Position numbers and translations under genes: made by a program. From Eledone cirrhosa (taxonomy: Eukaryota), in the NCBI GenBank assembly GCA_964016885.1, contig OZ024742.1:121644001-121708000 (forward strand): DNA of 64,000 nt, in the 5' to 3' direction. The first letter of the stretch is position 1; each line of letters begins with the position of its first letter. The notes under the pieces were generated by a model. That model was not told the origin of the DNA. It saw nothing but the letters and a program-made list of their open reading frames with translations, and did no database searches. Shown here piece after piece: positions 42,608 through 55,358 of the stretch.

Positions 42608-43339
42608 ACACATCAACTAAGAATATTCCTATACATTCTAGGGATTACTTAATTGTTTTAGTTTTCAGAAAAGAAGATTTCGTAAGAAGCACGACATAGA
42701 AATCGTGTCAGATTTTGATACGGATTAAAAATACATAGAAGTCACCCAAAGAAACATCTGGAACTATTTGAAACAGGTTGTTCAATTTAATAAAAAAATT
42801 CCAGAAATTCAATTGTAGATTCTAGAGTTATATTTAAAGAACTAGCTGAATAGTTTCACTAAGCAAGATTAGGTATATATTAATATAGGTTCACTTAAAA
42901 GGTTTGGAGAAGATTAGTATCTAAGAGCATTATCAGTGACTTTACAGAATCTATTGGTACTACTTATAACCTATTAACAAAGAAGCTAATGAGCTTGCAT
43001 TAGCATACAATATAGACGTTTATATAGACGTTTATATAGAACCCTTTGCGACAACGCACGCCTCACTTTATGCTTAAGAATCATAAAAATAATTTAGCTA
43101 GTCGCCTTAAATATAAATTAATCAAACATGCACAATAGATTTTGGAATATTTAGCAAGAAAAATCTATGCTCTTATTACTTTTTGCTATAGAAAAGTACT
43201 TTAGCCCCGTTTATATTGTCAATTATAGATTGACCTAATAATATTTATGAAGAATAAAAAAAGGGCCGCCAGCAGTTCAAGCATACAAGCCCTCACCTAC
43301 TACAGTAGTAATTCCGATCTAAGAAAAACTTCTTTCTTT

Positions 43340-43408
<69 letters not shown>

Positions 43409-43449
43409 GTATATATATGTATATCTATATATATGTATATATATGTATA

Positions 43450-43549
<100 letters not shown>

Positions 43550-43552
43550 CAT

Positions 43553-43584
<32 letters not shown>

Positions 43585-43619
43585 GGATGTATGTAAAATG
43601 TAAACAGAAATAACAACAC

Positions 43620-44762
43620 AATCGGTACAGTATATGGAAGGAATATATTAGGTTAACGCTTCAAATAGCAGGAAGAAGGTCTTAACGTTTCGGATGCTAG
43701 TCCTTCATCAGAAGAAATAATGAGAAATAAGATAGATTGAGGGGATGGGCGGATTGGAATTGGAAAAAAATGTCTTTAGATAAAAAAAATATATATATAT
43801 AAAAGGCAAAGAGAAATCACAAAGCAAACGACACATTACAATGAAATAATTATTACTTTTACGCTTGATATAGTTGTGTCTACGCATGCGTGTGCGTGCC
43901 TGCATCTCCCTATCTGTGTATGCGTTTTTGTGTTTGTCATGTCTATGTGTGTTTTATGTGTGTGTGTGGAAATTTGTATCGTTTGCTGTTTGCTGTTTGT
44001 CTTTTTCCCCTCTATTCTGTCGTCAGTCGTTAAGTTGCGAGCTGTTTCTATTCCACTCGTTTTTTTTTGTTCTGGCTAGGACTGTCTTTTATTATGTGTG
44101 TGGCCTTCTATTATGTCTGACTTTTGCGTCAGTTCTATGTGTGGAAAGGATCTTCCTTTCTACATTATCTATTGGGCCCCGTGTCCTAATTTGTCATGTT
44201 GATATAGCACTGATGAGCTTTTTTCCTCCTTAAATTCTCGCCAGCGTTCCTTTAATTTCTCTCCTATACTACGGACTGTCTCTCCTATGTATGTCGTCTT
44301 ATTTCTGCATTGTCCCTTTGTACATCTTATCCTATAGACTACATTTCTAGTTTTACTGTTTATCTGTGGGTTTATCCTATAGACAATACAGTTTCTATCA
44401 GTACAGGGGTTTTTCCTAACGGGGTACGTCCTACTTATCCGGGATTTTATGGTAGCTCCTGGTATTTCTACTACTTTAATCCTAAGGTTCATTTTGTCTA
44501 AAACTCTTCTAAAACGATACACTAGTTTGCTTCTAGGGGTAGCATCGACGAACATGACACTCTGGTAGTTTTAGCTGTCATACCCTGAGTTGGCCTTCCC
44601 TATCATTTTCTTAGTCCTTTCTATGCTATTCCATGATTTGCTCCTGTATACTGGGCAAATCCCATTCTTATAATTCTCCATAATGGTTTTGAATTTAGCC
44701 ATGGCTCCTTTGTACACGCTGATCCTATCGCTTTGGTTATCACTAGAGAACTTATTAATCAA
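43620..44762 (-). mobile_element. 5'-truncated PLE: decayed thumb/GIY-YIG region plus 3' UTR; same family as 15232-15726
   Basis: KTRNVVYRIRC..YIGETVRSIGE; clear similarity to the 15232 ORF. Confidence 0.85.
43680..43715 (-). ncRNA. Minimal hammerhead in PLE 3' UTR
   Basis: TCTT-CTGATGA-AGGA..TCC-GAAACGTT-AAGA; palindromic AACGTT. Confidence 0.75.
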
Positions 44763-46019
44763 CCAGTATGACGAATCTTGGCCTTCCGCAATATAATCCT
44801 GGCTACTATTCAGAAATTAACATTATTTTGCGTGCTAGGAAATCTTAACTTTCGAAAATATAACCTAGATGAAAAACGTAGACCGAATTTGCTTGATGAC
44901 GCTGATGTGTGCGGAAGCATTTTGTGTGTATATATGATTCCTCGGGCTGAACGTTAGAATATTTTGTGATGATGAATTATTTGTCATGTGAAATGTTAAA
45001 TGGTGAAACAGATTTAAAAATAATTCATTGAGAGCAACCTTACAAACGTTAATTTTCCAGACATAAAATTAGATGATATATCGAACAGTATACATGTCCA
45101 ACCATTCGAGACAAAATTACGGATAGTATTAGCTAGAAACATTAGGACCATAATTAATATAAAATCATTTTTCATTGTTTATAAGTTGTTACACATAGCA
45201 TTAGTCAATAAATATAATGTTATATATAATATATTTTATATCATTAAATATTCTAATATTTCAGATATTATATTGAACGTAGTTTCGAATTGTTGCAGAG
45301 GTATAGCACCGTTTTCTTTAGATGTAGATGCCTTTACAAAGTATTAGTTCTTCCTTAATGAAGTATTTAGAAGCAATCACTTTCTGATCGGATAGAATGC
45401 ATATACATACATTTATCTTCTAGGCGTAGAAATAGAAGTAAGAACATTCAGTAGAAAAATCCAATTTTTTGCTTTAATATTTTTACAGATATTGCTGCAT
45501 AATTCTCCAACTTGGCCTCACCTCATTTTGCTTGAGAACATAATTTTCTAAATATACGATGTGCATATCTATTAAAGTTTCTTACTCTCATTGCAAAAAT
45601 GTTGCCAGGTTTGTCAAAGTCATTAATACAAAACATCTATCAAACAATAGTAATGGAATCACATAACGTAACTGATATTGCGGGCACTCTTGAAACTCTT
45701 CCGCTCAACTGAAACTAGCTTACCAGTTACTTGGAATATACTGTATAACGATAGAATTAGATGATGGTTCACAACCAGAATTCTATACAGGTGCAACAGC
45801 AAAGGAATTGAAGGTGACGTATTAATGATATAAGGATTCATTAATCAACCTAATAAAAATAAATTCAACAGTTTTTACAGCGATATTTGGAGATTGGAAG
45901 GAAACTTATGACAATGCAGATTTGTATATTCAACCTTGCTTACAAAGATGGTGACTGCCTATATCATCTCAGTGTTCACTTTTGCATAACTGAAAAAGGT
46001 ACTAATATTATCATAGGAC

Positions 46020-46239
46020 ATAGGGATGTGCATTGGCAAAATCGTTAGAGCGTCGGAGAATATGCTTTATGGTATGTAGTTACGGCCATGTGTGTTCTGA
46101 GTTCAAACCGCGGCGAGGTTAGCTTTGCCTTTCATCCATATGGAGTCGATAAAAGAAAATAACTAACGCACTGAGGTAGATTTAGTAGGCTTTCCGCTTC
46201 CCTTCAAACTGCTGGCCTTGTGCCAAAAGTAGAAACAAA
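46020..46239 (+). mobile_element. tRNA-derived SINE
   Basis: Head, B-box GAGTTCAAACC, core and tail. Confidence 0.82.
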
Positions 46240-46953
46240 TATTATCATAAGACTTGAGCATCGTAAACTCAAGAAATAATTTTCTTTGTAGGCGTTTGCT
46301 CAAAGGAATGTTTCTGCTACATAATTTTCAAATAACAGATCCACTAGAAAATTCAATGAAAAAACGTTTTTATTATTTCTGTTTTTGCTTTTCTCAGTTT
46401 TTTCTTATTCTATTTCTGCTTGTGTTCTTTCACATCATTTCTCTTTCTTCTTTTTTTTTGTTAAATTGACTTGAGGGGGATTCCAACTGTTTAATACATT
46501 CTATATCTGGATTTATAAGTGAACAGCAAAATTTCCTATATTTCTTTTATTTTTCATTTTTCTGTTTGTATTCAATTCTTCATTTTGCCTTCATTTTTCA
46601 AATCACCTATTTCGTTAATCATGTACTATCTCTGTAGTATTTGAGCGTCAACGGGGTTTTACGAATGGCTCTAACCAATCGCAGTTGAATAAATTATTCT
46701 ATATTTATTTGAATAAACCTTCAATCGGTTATCGCAACATTCTTAACGATTTTCTGTTGTATTCTCCAAATATTGTTTGAGGTCTAAAGTATTAAAGCTC
46801 AGCATTAGGAAATTTCAAGTTTCAGCTTTAGTATTTTCCACATTCTGTTTTCGGGATCCCGTATTCCTTTACTGGCTGGTTTCACTGAAAGATTTATAAT
46901 TAAATGTTTAACCACCTTATCAACCGTGCTCATGGACCCCCTTCTGCCCACAC

Positions 46954-47001
<48 letters not shown>

Positions 47002-47264
47002 CAAACATATATACATATATAGATAAAAAATTGTATATATATATATTCCCAACGATTCCACTTTCGTCAAATCGGACCGAGGAAACAGTGTTTCCATTGG
47101 TCTTTCCAATTACTAATACTATCTATCGGTCGCAACTCCACGTAGAAGGAGCAACGTGAAATAAAGTGTCTTGCTCAAGGACATAACGCATCGCCCGGTT
47201 CAGGAATCGAACTCACAACCTCACGATTGCGAATCCACTTCTCTAACCACTCAGCCACACCGCT

Positions 47265-47513
<249 letters not shown>

Positions 47514-47627
47514 GTATGTCTCCTTCTTCCTCACTTTCTGTTGCCTCACCATTTTGTTTGTTTACCCTCGCGTCCCCTTTATTTAGTGTCCCAACGACTT
47601 TTTTTAGCCGTTGCTCGTACCAACCGG

Positions 47628-47685
47628 AGGTATATGGTCTTTAAAGCGATGAAATGCCTATGATAGTTGGAAGATCACTGATGAA
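47628..47685 (+). ncRNA. Putative non-circularly permuted hammerhead ribozyme
   Basis: AGGTA-TA-TGGTCTT-..T-GAAA-TGCCT-..-AAGATCA-CTGATGA-A. Confidence 0.65.
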
Positions 47686-48237
47686 GGACAAACTTTTTTC
47701 ATATGTAACCCATTTGCAACTCTGCAACGCCCTTATTATCATATTTACACTATTTTTTCCTCTGCTGCTACACCGTCTTTTTCGTTCTATGTATCTTTAC
47801 CCTTTCTAGCAGTCTCACTCTCTGTTAGCCTCTTCCTCACCTCACCCTTCACTCACTCCTTCTCTGTCACTACCTCTCCTCCTCCTCTTTCTTCCTGTTT
47901 GACCTGTGAGTAACTCTTTTCTCTCACATTCTCGGCCAAGCTGGTCGGAATTTTTTCTCTCTCGTCTACGATTTCACAGAACTTATGTTTACCGAATTCG
48001 CAGACCAGACCCCTTCTTCCTCCCGTTAGACCTGTGCGAAATTCCTTCCTTGCTCACATTTCAACCAGGTTTGATGGTCTTTATTCACGATTTCACCGAA
48101 CTTAAATTCATAGAAATCTGGGACTTGTCGCCTTCTTCCTCACTTTCTGTTGCCTCACCATTTTGTTTGTTTACCCTCGCGTCCCCTTTATTTACGTGTC
48201 CCAACGACTTTTTTTAGCCGTTGCTCGCACCAACCGG

Positions 48238-48295
48238 AGGTATATGGTCTTTAAAGCGATGAAATGCCTATGATAGTTGGAAGATCACTGATGAA
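48238..48295 (+). ncRNA. Putative non-circularly permuted hammerhead ribozyme (second copy)
   Basis: Identical to 47628-47685. Confidence 0.65.
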
Positions 48296-48347
48296 GGACA
48301 AACTTTTTTCATATGTAACCCATTTGCAACTCTGCAGCGCCCTTATT

Positions 48348-48416
<69 letters not shown>

Positions 48417-48469
48417 CAGGAAAGAAGGTTGACATGGTTTGCTATACAAAAAAGGTTTTTAATCTCATA

Positions 48470-48575
48470 GCTGACAATTGTTTCTCTGAACTGGTAGGTC
48501 TAGAGATCGCTATTCGCTTATTTTCACGTTACTCGATCGCCAATACAAAATTATAACCAGTCAGATCTTCGGAGC
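48470..48575 (-). ncRNA. Type I hammerhead, U4C core variant (inverted copy)
   Basis: GCT-CCGAAGA-TCTGACTGGT..ACCAGTTCAGA-GAAA-CAATTG-TC-AGC. Confidence 0.65.
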
Positions 48576-48922
48576 ATGCGACTAAATTCATAAGATTCAA
48601 ACCTCCGTGAATCGAACCAACACAACATAGCTTTAAATTAGGATACCTACTACCCTCAGAAATTTATTCATTAAGTATACTATATCCTTCACAAGTCTAT
48701 ACCACACAAATGTCTGTAAGTACCTCATCAACCCAAAACTTATTCCTTCTCAGCTGCTGCCATCATTTGATCCTAAATCCTAGTTTTTCTCAAATCACTA
48801 CTACAATGTAACTTTACCTTCCTTTTGCCATAATTACAATTAGCACGCTTATCTCTTTGCATGTATGTATATTTTTGTACGAGTGTATATTGATGTGTAT
48901 GTATGTGTCTATGTACACATGC

Positions 48923-49014
<92 letters not shown>

Positions 49015-49391
49015 ATATGCGTATATTACTTCGTTAACCTCTGTATTAACTCAACAACTATTTAGCTTTGACAGTGTTGTCCCACTCATGTATGCTATCG
49101 AAGATGAAAAGAAAGACTGTAAACACTGGCCTATCTTTATAATTTAAAATTGATACACACTTCGATACTCTGTACATGCCAAACTCTTACTTTTGCCTCA
49201 TGACAGCTAGTTTTACACGCCGTAATGTTAGATACATTATACCCCCACCTAAGTAATGTCAGGGTCTCCTCAAATAATTTATTAATAGCATTGTTGTAAT
49301 TGTTGTTATTGTTCTAATTGAATGCCATTACTACTTCATATAGTAGCCTGTATATTCTTTTCTTGCCTGTGTATTCTCTTCATTCTCGCAT

Positions 49392-49497
49392 GCTCCGAAG
49401 ATCTGACTGGTTATAATTTTGTATTGGCGATCGAGTAACGTGAAAATAAGCGAACAGCGATCTCTAGACCTACCAGTTCAGAGAAACAATTGTCAGC
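49392..49497 (+). ncRNA. Type I hammerhead, U4C core variant
   Basis: GCT-CCGAAGA-TCTGACTGGT..ACCAGTTCAGA-GAAA-CAATTG-TC-AGC. Confidence 0.65.
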
Positions 49498-49723
49498 TAT
49501 GAGATTAAAAACCTTTTTTGTATAGCAAACCATGTCAACCTTCTTTCCTGATTTATTATTACTCCAAGTGTTTACAACATAGGAATTACGGCATACCCGC
49601 AGCATCACTATGAAAACGCCTTGTTGAGTCAAACCAAGCCAAGCGTTAATATCATCCACTACCTGGAATACCATAACTGGACTATACCTAAGTGGACTGC
49701 ATTTAACTATTATTTGTTACCCC

Positions 49724-49767
<44 letters not shown>

Positions 49768-49774
<7 letters not shown>

Positions 49775-50987
49775 AACAGAGATAGTTTAAAGCTAAACTT
49801 TGACTGGTAACCATCTCACTCAACAAACATTAGGTTATATTAAAATATAAACCCAATTTAAGTGTTTGGGGTGCTAACAATATGTATAATGTGGAAAAAC
49901 CAGTTGTATTATTTTATGAGATATAATTAAAGTTAAAGTACATCTCTCTTTCCAAACAATTGTTTCATTATAAGTTTTCTACAAATTTGGGAGAATGTTT
50001 CCAGTTTATGTAGAAGCCTAATATATATTCATGTAAGAATATATTTAGGTGGGCACTTATAAATCATCAGTGGAAGCCCATTAAACATTGATATAAGAAA
50101 ACAATTTCTTACCGCTGTAAAAAATCATGTCCGTAAAGTTGCTCTTTCTCACCTCAAATGACCGCCAAATTTGAAATTCCAGCAGTTTTTGACTGAGGAA
50201 GTATCATAGCGACACGAAGCGGGAAGGGGAGACAACCCACGATCCACGAAATGAGGAAAAAAAATAATATACACGCGGGTTAATTAGTTTTTATGAAAAC
50301 ATTATCAATCCAACGTGTTTAAGAACTCAATTGAAAATAAAAAAATAAATATATGCTTGTATAAATTACACACGCATATAGATATTTTCTTAGGCTAAAT
50401 CAGAAGTTGTACCCGAATAAGAATCGCTTCTCATAACCGCAGTAAATGCAGAAAGTTATGCTATAAAGGGCAAATGGGAATATAATTCTCCGGCCGAATT
50501 ATTAAGAGTAAAATATAAAACACAAGCGGGTTAATTAGTTATTTCAAAACCAATATTAATTCCTCGTGTAAAGAACTCAATCAATAAAAGAAAATAAATA
50601 CATATATGCATGTAATTATATACGTAAGCATATATATATATTTTCCTAGGCTAAAAAACAGAGAAGTTACAACCAAAAAAAGCCACAATATTTCACAACA
50701 GTAATAAATACGGAAAGTCAAATTCATAAGTTACCTGGAAATAAACACCTCTGGCCAATCAAGAGTAAATATTTAATACAATAACAGAGATAGTTTAAAG
50801 CTAAACTCTGACTGGTAACCATCTCACTCAACAAACATTAGGTTATATTAAAATATAAACCCAATTTATGTGTTTGGGGTGCTAACAATATGTATAATGT
50901 GGAAAAACCAGTTGTATTATTTTATGAGATATAATTAAAGTTAAAGTACATCTCTCTTTCCAAACAATTGTTTCATTATAAGTTTTC
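49768..50987 (-). mobile_element. Non-coding element with ~210-bp direct repeats 1008 bp apart, internal diverged ~255-bp duplication and a hammerhead-like core
   Basis: 49768-49979 matches 50776-50987; 50265-50510 resembles 50520-50770; minus strand CTGATGA(50070)..GAAA-CA..TG-TA(49980). Confidence 0.7.
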
Positions 50988-50988
50988 G

Positions 50989-51037
<49 letters not shown>

Positions 51038-51040
<3 letters not shown>

Positions 51041-51235
51041 CGAAGGAAATGTGGTAAGGAACCAGGTGGACCATAACGCACCAAAGTACTCAATACTTAG
51101 GGTAGTAGAGTGGGTAATAGGAACAAGTAAGACCCCGACGGCTGAGCTCAAGCCGTTTCGACGGCTAATTCTGGAGTCCAGAATTACCCGTCGAAACGGC
51201 TTGAGCTCAGCCGTCGGGGTCTTACTTGTTCCTAT
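51038..51235. repeat. Hairpin-ended (TA)n-inserted element, copy 2
   Basis: Inverted arms 51117-51175 / 51177-51235. Confidence 0.88.
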
Positions 51236-51295
51236 ATATATATATATATATATATATAATGGAACAAAGGTGTTGCATCATATACATATTTAATT

Positions 51296-51387
51296 ACATA
51301 TCACATATGTTTCACTGTCAATCAGCTCGAGGAACAATCGATTAATGATCGATTCTGACTCTGGAATCGGAAGTTTTTCAGATATGT
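51296..51387 (-). ncRNA. Decayed hammerhead (core CTGAAAA, site GTG); related decayed copy at ~59912-60002
   Basis: ACATAT-CTGAAAA-ACT..AGT-GAAA-CATATG-TG-ATATGT. Confidence 0.5.
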
Positions 51388-51821
51388 GTTAACATGAAGA
51401 CACGCGTCTAAGAGTGGTTGGATATTATTTTATGCTGTCACACACTCTGTTAAAGGAATGTGTCATCGCCGTATTCATCCTGTTAAATCTCTGTTGGGAA
51501 CGGCCTAACACTCACCAGCTTTTACTGCTGTTTCTTGGTCAAGGCGGCATTTTCATTCTTGTGTGACGGCCAGTCTGCCGGAAGTTTGCTGTTACAGTGT
51601 TTGAAGTAAGTATGAAGGGAATAAAGCAATACAAAAATACAAAAGTAAAAAATGCAAAAATAAAACCAATCTTGACAAAGATAAACAGGCGATAAGAATA
51701 TAAATAATTGTTTCTACTTTTGAAATAATACGGTATAGAAGATAGAGAAGGAAGGGATAAGGTGAATAAGTAAAAAAGTAAAAGAATACGACGCTAAAAA
51801 ATAAAAATAAAATAATCAAAT

Positions 51822-51853
<32 letters not shown>

Positions 51854-51945
51854 GTATAAACCCAAAAGATAAAGTGATAACAATACAGATAAAGGATAAT
51901 CAGTAATAGATAAAACCTATAAACATATATATATATATACACACT

Positions 51946-52045
<100 letters not shown>

Positions 52046-52691
52046 TAAACTCATATACACACACACACACATAAACACATACATATATATATACATACAC
52101 ACATATGTCATATGTGTAAACGAAAACATACAAACATAATACTGTGTTCGAATGAAAACATAATACATTTAAAAAAAAAATTAGATGGATAAGTTGGAAA
52201 AGCGAGGGGAATAGTGAATATCTAGACCGACTTCATATAGAAACCGGCGAACCGTTATTACATTCTCTGAAGAGCGCACTTAGCCAATCCTTGAGAACAA
52301 ATTTTCCGAAAGCAAGGATGTATGATCAAGTTGGGTATGTGCCCGTATGGTGTATTTGTGTATGTGTGTGTGCTTATACGCATACGTTTTAGGTTGTGTA
52401 CGATGTTATGTGCGAGTACGTATGTGCATGCATGGGAATGTCCTTACGTATGTTTGCCTTCTTATATATGCTAAGTTATACATGCAGAATGGGCCCAAGT
52501 ACCTGTTCAGGTGTTCGACAAAACGCAGGGCTACCCCAGTGCACGCATAGCCTTGACTCCTGTTGTCTATATGCACCATGCATTCGTCAAGCTCCTATGT
52601 GGGAAAGTTAAGCGCAGAAAAAGGGCATTTCCGTTTCCGGTGGTGCCTGCAAGCCATGATAATCTCGGATTTGAGGTTAACCAAGTTTTGC

Positions 52692-52755
<64 letters not shown>

Positions 52756-52895
52756 CCAAATATTAATATGGTTCATTGATTACTCAATGAATATAGTTTT
52801 ACAATAGATTAAAAGCACTCTTCTACAGAAAGTTTTCTGGAGTTATTATTATTCAGAATAATAATAAATGAAGACATTCACGTAATCAAAATATA

Positions 52896-52962
52896 TGTTT
52901 TATTATATATATTTCGAAGGTACTGTGCTGTTTCTTTCAGTACGTCCTCGTCAGATAAAATA
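52896..52962 (-). ncRNA. Type I hammerhead ribozyme
   Basis: TATTTTAT-CTGACGA-GGA.GTACTG/CAGTAC.TTC-GAAA-TATATA-TA-ATAAAACA. Confidence 0.85.
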
Positions 52963-53757
52963 CATGAATTGATGTATGACATACCTCAACTGTCTTGATA
53001 GTTCAATTCCAGTATTGGCAGTGATTTATTACAACAAATCTCAAAATTTATATACCACAAATAATAACACGATATACTTAAATTTAAAGAAGAAGAGGAT
53101 GTGCAGTGAAATATGGGTACATGGAGGGTGTGAATATGGGGAAATGCAAGAAGAAAATAAATAAACACATACATACCTAAATATTTAAATGAGTAAATAG
53201 AAGTATTAGGGAATAAATATATAAAAAGAAAAAAAGGAAAAGGAGGAGAGAGAGATGAAAGAATATGAGAAAGAAGAAATAACGACAAAAAAGAAAGAAA
53301 GGAAGAAAGAAATGATGCGAATATGTATAGAGATCGTTGTTTTCGAATATTAATTCAAATTGAGGCGACCAATTAGATAACATGAAATGTTTAATATCTT
53401 TTGTATTTCGGTTATGTTTAAGCTAATTATACTTATATATTATATCAAAATTAACCGATAAAATTTTCTTCTATAACCAACAGATACATAGTTTAATTAA
53501 GTAGTATATTCATTAAATATTTTGTTATAATATTTATAAATATTTTTATCTTTAAAGCATATTTAAATAGTTATTAAATATGTATAAAGATATCTATTAA
53601 AACATGCATATATCACCATCAGTATATATATGAAATTAAATATTATATTAAGATCATTTATTATCTGAATTATTCTATTTTCTTTATAAAATCATTTCAA
53701 TTCATTGATTGTCATTTCATTACATTTATAGTTATATTTAATCTTAACAGTTTATAA

Positions 53758-53945
53758 AGGTAACTCTATGTGTCAAAGCATGGCGTCCGACCCTCCACCG
53801 ATACTGCCAATCCACCGCCTGTTAATGAAAATAATTGTTTCTACTTTTGGCAATTACCCAGTGTTTCTACTTTTGGCCAGCAATTACCAGTGCATTACTG
53901 GTACTTTATTTTATCGACCCCGGAAGGATGAAAGGCAAAGTTAAT
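53758..53945 (-). mobile_element. Rearranged SINE pieces (head segment adjacent to the tail of another copy)
   Basis: Family head and core both present, in permuted order; similar at 55562-55792. Confidence 0.75.
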
Positions 53946-54542
53946 GAAAATAATGAACAGAAAAGGTGAAAGTACGCACTGTTGGGGAGGTCAGACACCC
54001 ACATTGAACGGCGTCGATTTATCACCATTTATCCGAACACAAATACTCGGGCATTCATATAAAGATATCAGGGCAGTAAGAAGTTGACCATCGATCGCAT
54101 ACTCCTGCACAAAATTCATTAACATACAGAGTGGTTTAATTAGAAATTAGTATTGGTGCTCTGAAATAGCGATGTATGAGTTTAAACAGCTCATAACAAT
54201 AACAGGGATTCTAGAATCCAGCTTCTATAACTCTCAGCAGAAGCCAAGGGGTATGTTGTCTTGACAACCACTTACAAGTGAGAAACGGTGACCGTCGATT
54301 ACTCCTCTTTGTTTTGCCGAGACTAGGTATGTGACGTTAGTCACTACTTTAAAATTCATAGCGAATGGCCTTCAAAATATTTTAAAATAAACATAGAGCA
54401 TATTACTAAATATACTATCCACACACATACACACATACACACACATACACACATATATACACACACATACGCACATATATATAGGCGCGGAGCTTAGTGG
54501 ATATGTAATCGTGACATTGTGCATTGTATTGTGGAGGAAAAT

Positions 54543-54621
<79 letters not shown>

Positions 54622-54624
<3 letters not shown>

Positions 54625-54815
54625 CGAAGGAAGTGTGGTAAGGAATCAGATGGACCATAACGCACCAGAGTACTCAATACTTAGGGTAGTAGAGTGGGTA
54701 ATAGGAAAATGTTTAACCCCGACAGTTAAGCTCAAGCCGTTTGGACGGCTATTTCTGAACTATTCCAGAAATAGCCGTCGAAACGGCTTGAGCTCTGCCG
54801 TCGGGGTTAAACATT
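54622..54815. repeat. Hairpin-ended (TA)n-inserted element, copy 3
   Basis: Inverted arms ~54708-54758 / 54763-54814. Confidence 0.88.
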
Positions 54816-55358
54816 ATATATATATATATATGTAGAGCTAATTTTTATTGTCCTGTCAGCCAGGCTGCTATTTTTAGCGGCAGGGAATTTCGAGACAAGC
54901 TGGGTTACGAATGACACGTGTAATAATTCATATCGTACATAATTCATTCTCTAATACTTTTAGAAGTGAAATGATCACTAATTTCTCAACAACTACTGAG
55001 GAGCAGAGAAACGGGAGAATTTCACTTAATAAGTCGTTGTGAAACAGTCTCCAACACTGTCTAGTTGTTACCAGGCATTTTTGCCCAATATAGGTGTATT
55101 TTTCTTAATTTTTCTTAATTTAATATTTAAAGTTAAGGATAACATTCTATATTGCTGTAGTTAGTATTTTTTCACCCTAGCAAATTTGGTCCTTACAATT
55201 CGAACACATGTATGTTTATATTAGTGTTCATCTTTATTGTTTATTCAATTATATTGTACGGCTCGGAAAATTTTTTTTTCTTAGAGCTATTTAATTGTAA
55301 GAGACGACCCTGAGTTCTTAACTCAATATATATATATATATATATATACATATGAATT

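Larger units (their letters stand above)
47517..48352 (+). mobile_element. Non-coding retrozyme-like element with ~225-bp direct repeats 610 bp apart
   Basis: 47517-47742 repeated at 48126-48352; CT-rich spacer; (TA)n on both sides. Confidence 0.75.
48411..49725 (+). mobile_element. Non-coding PLE-type module with inverted partial pseudo-LTR
   Basis: 48411-48581 is the reverse complement of 49386-49555; (TA)n at both ends. Confidence 0.8.

Noticed and set aside
47628-47700. Alternative readings as type II hammerhead, twister or pistol
   Set aside because: Type II lacks valid stems II and III; twister and pistol conserved residues and cleavage-site context do not fit both families
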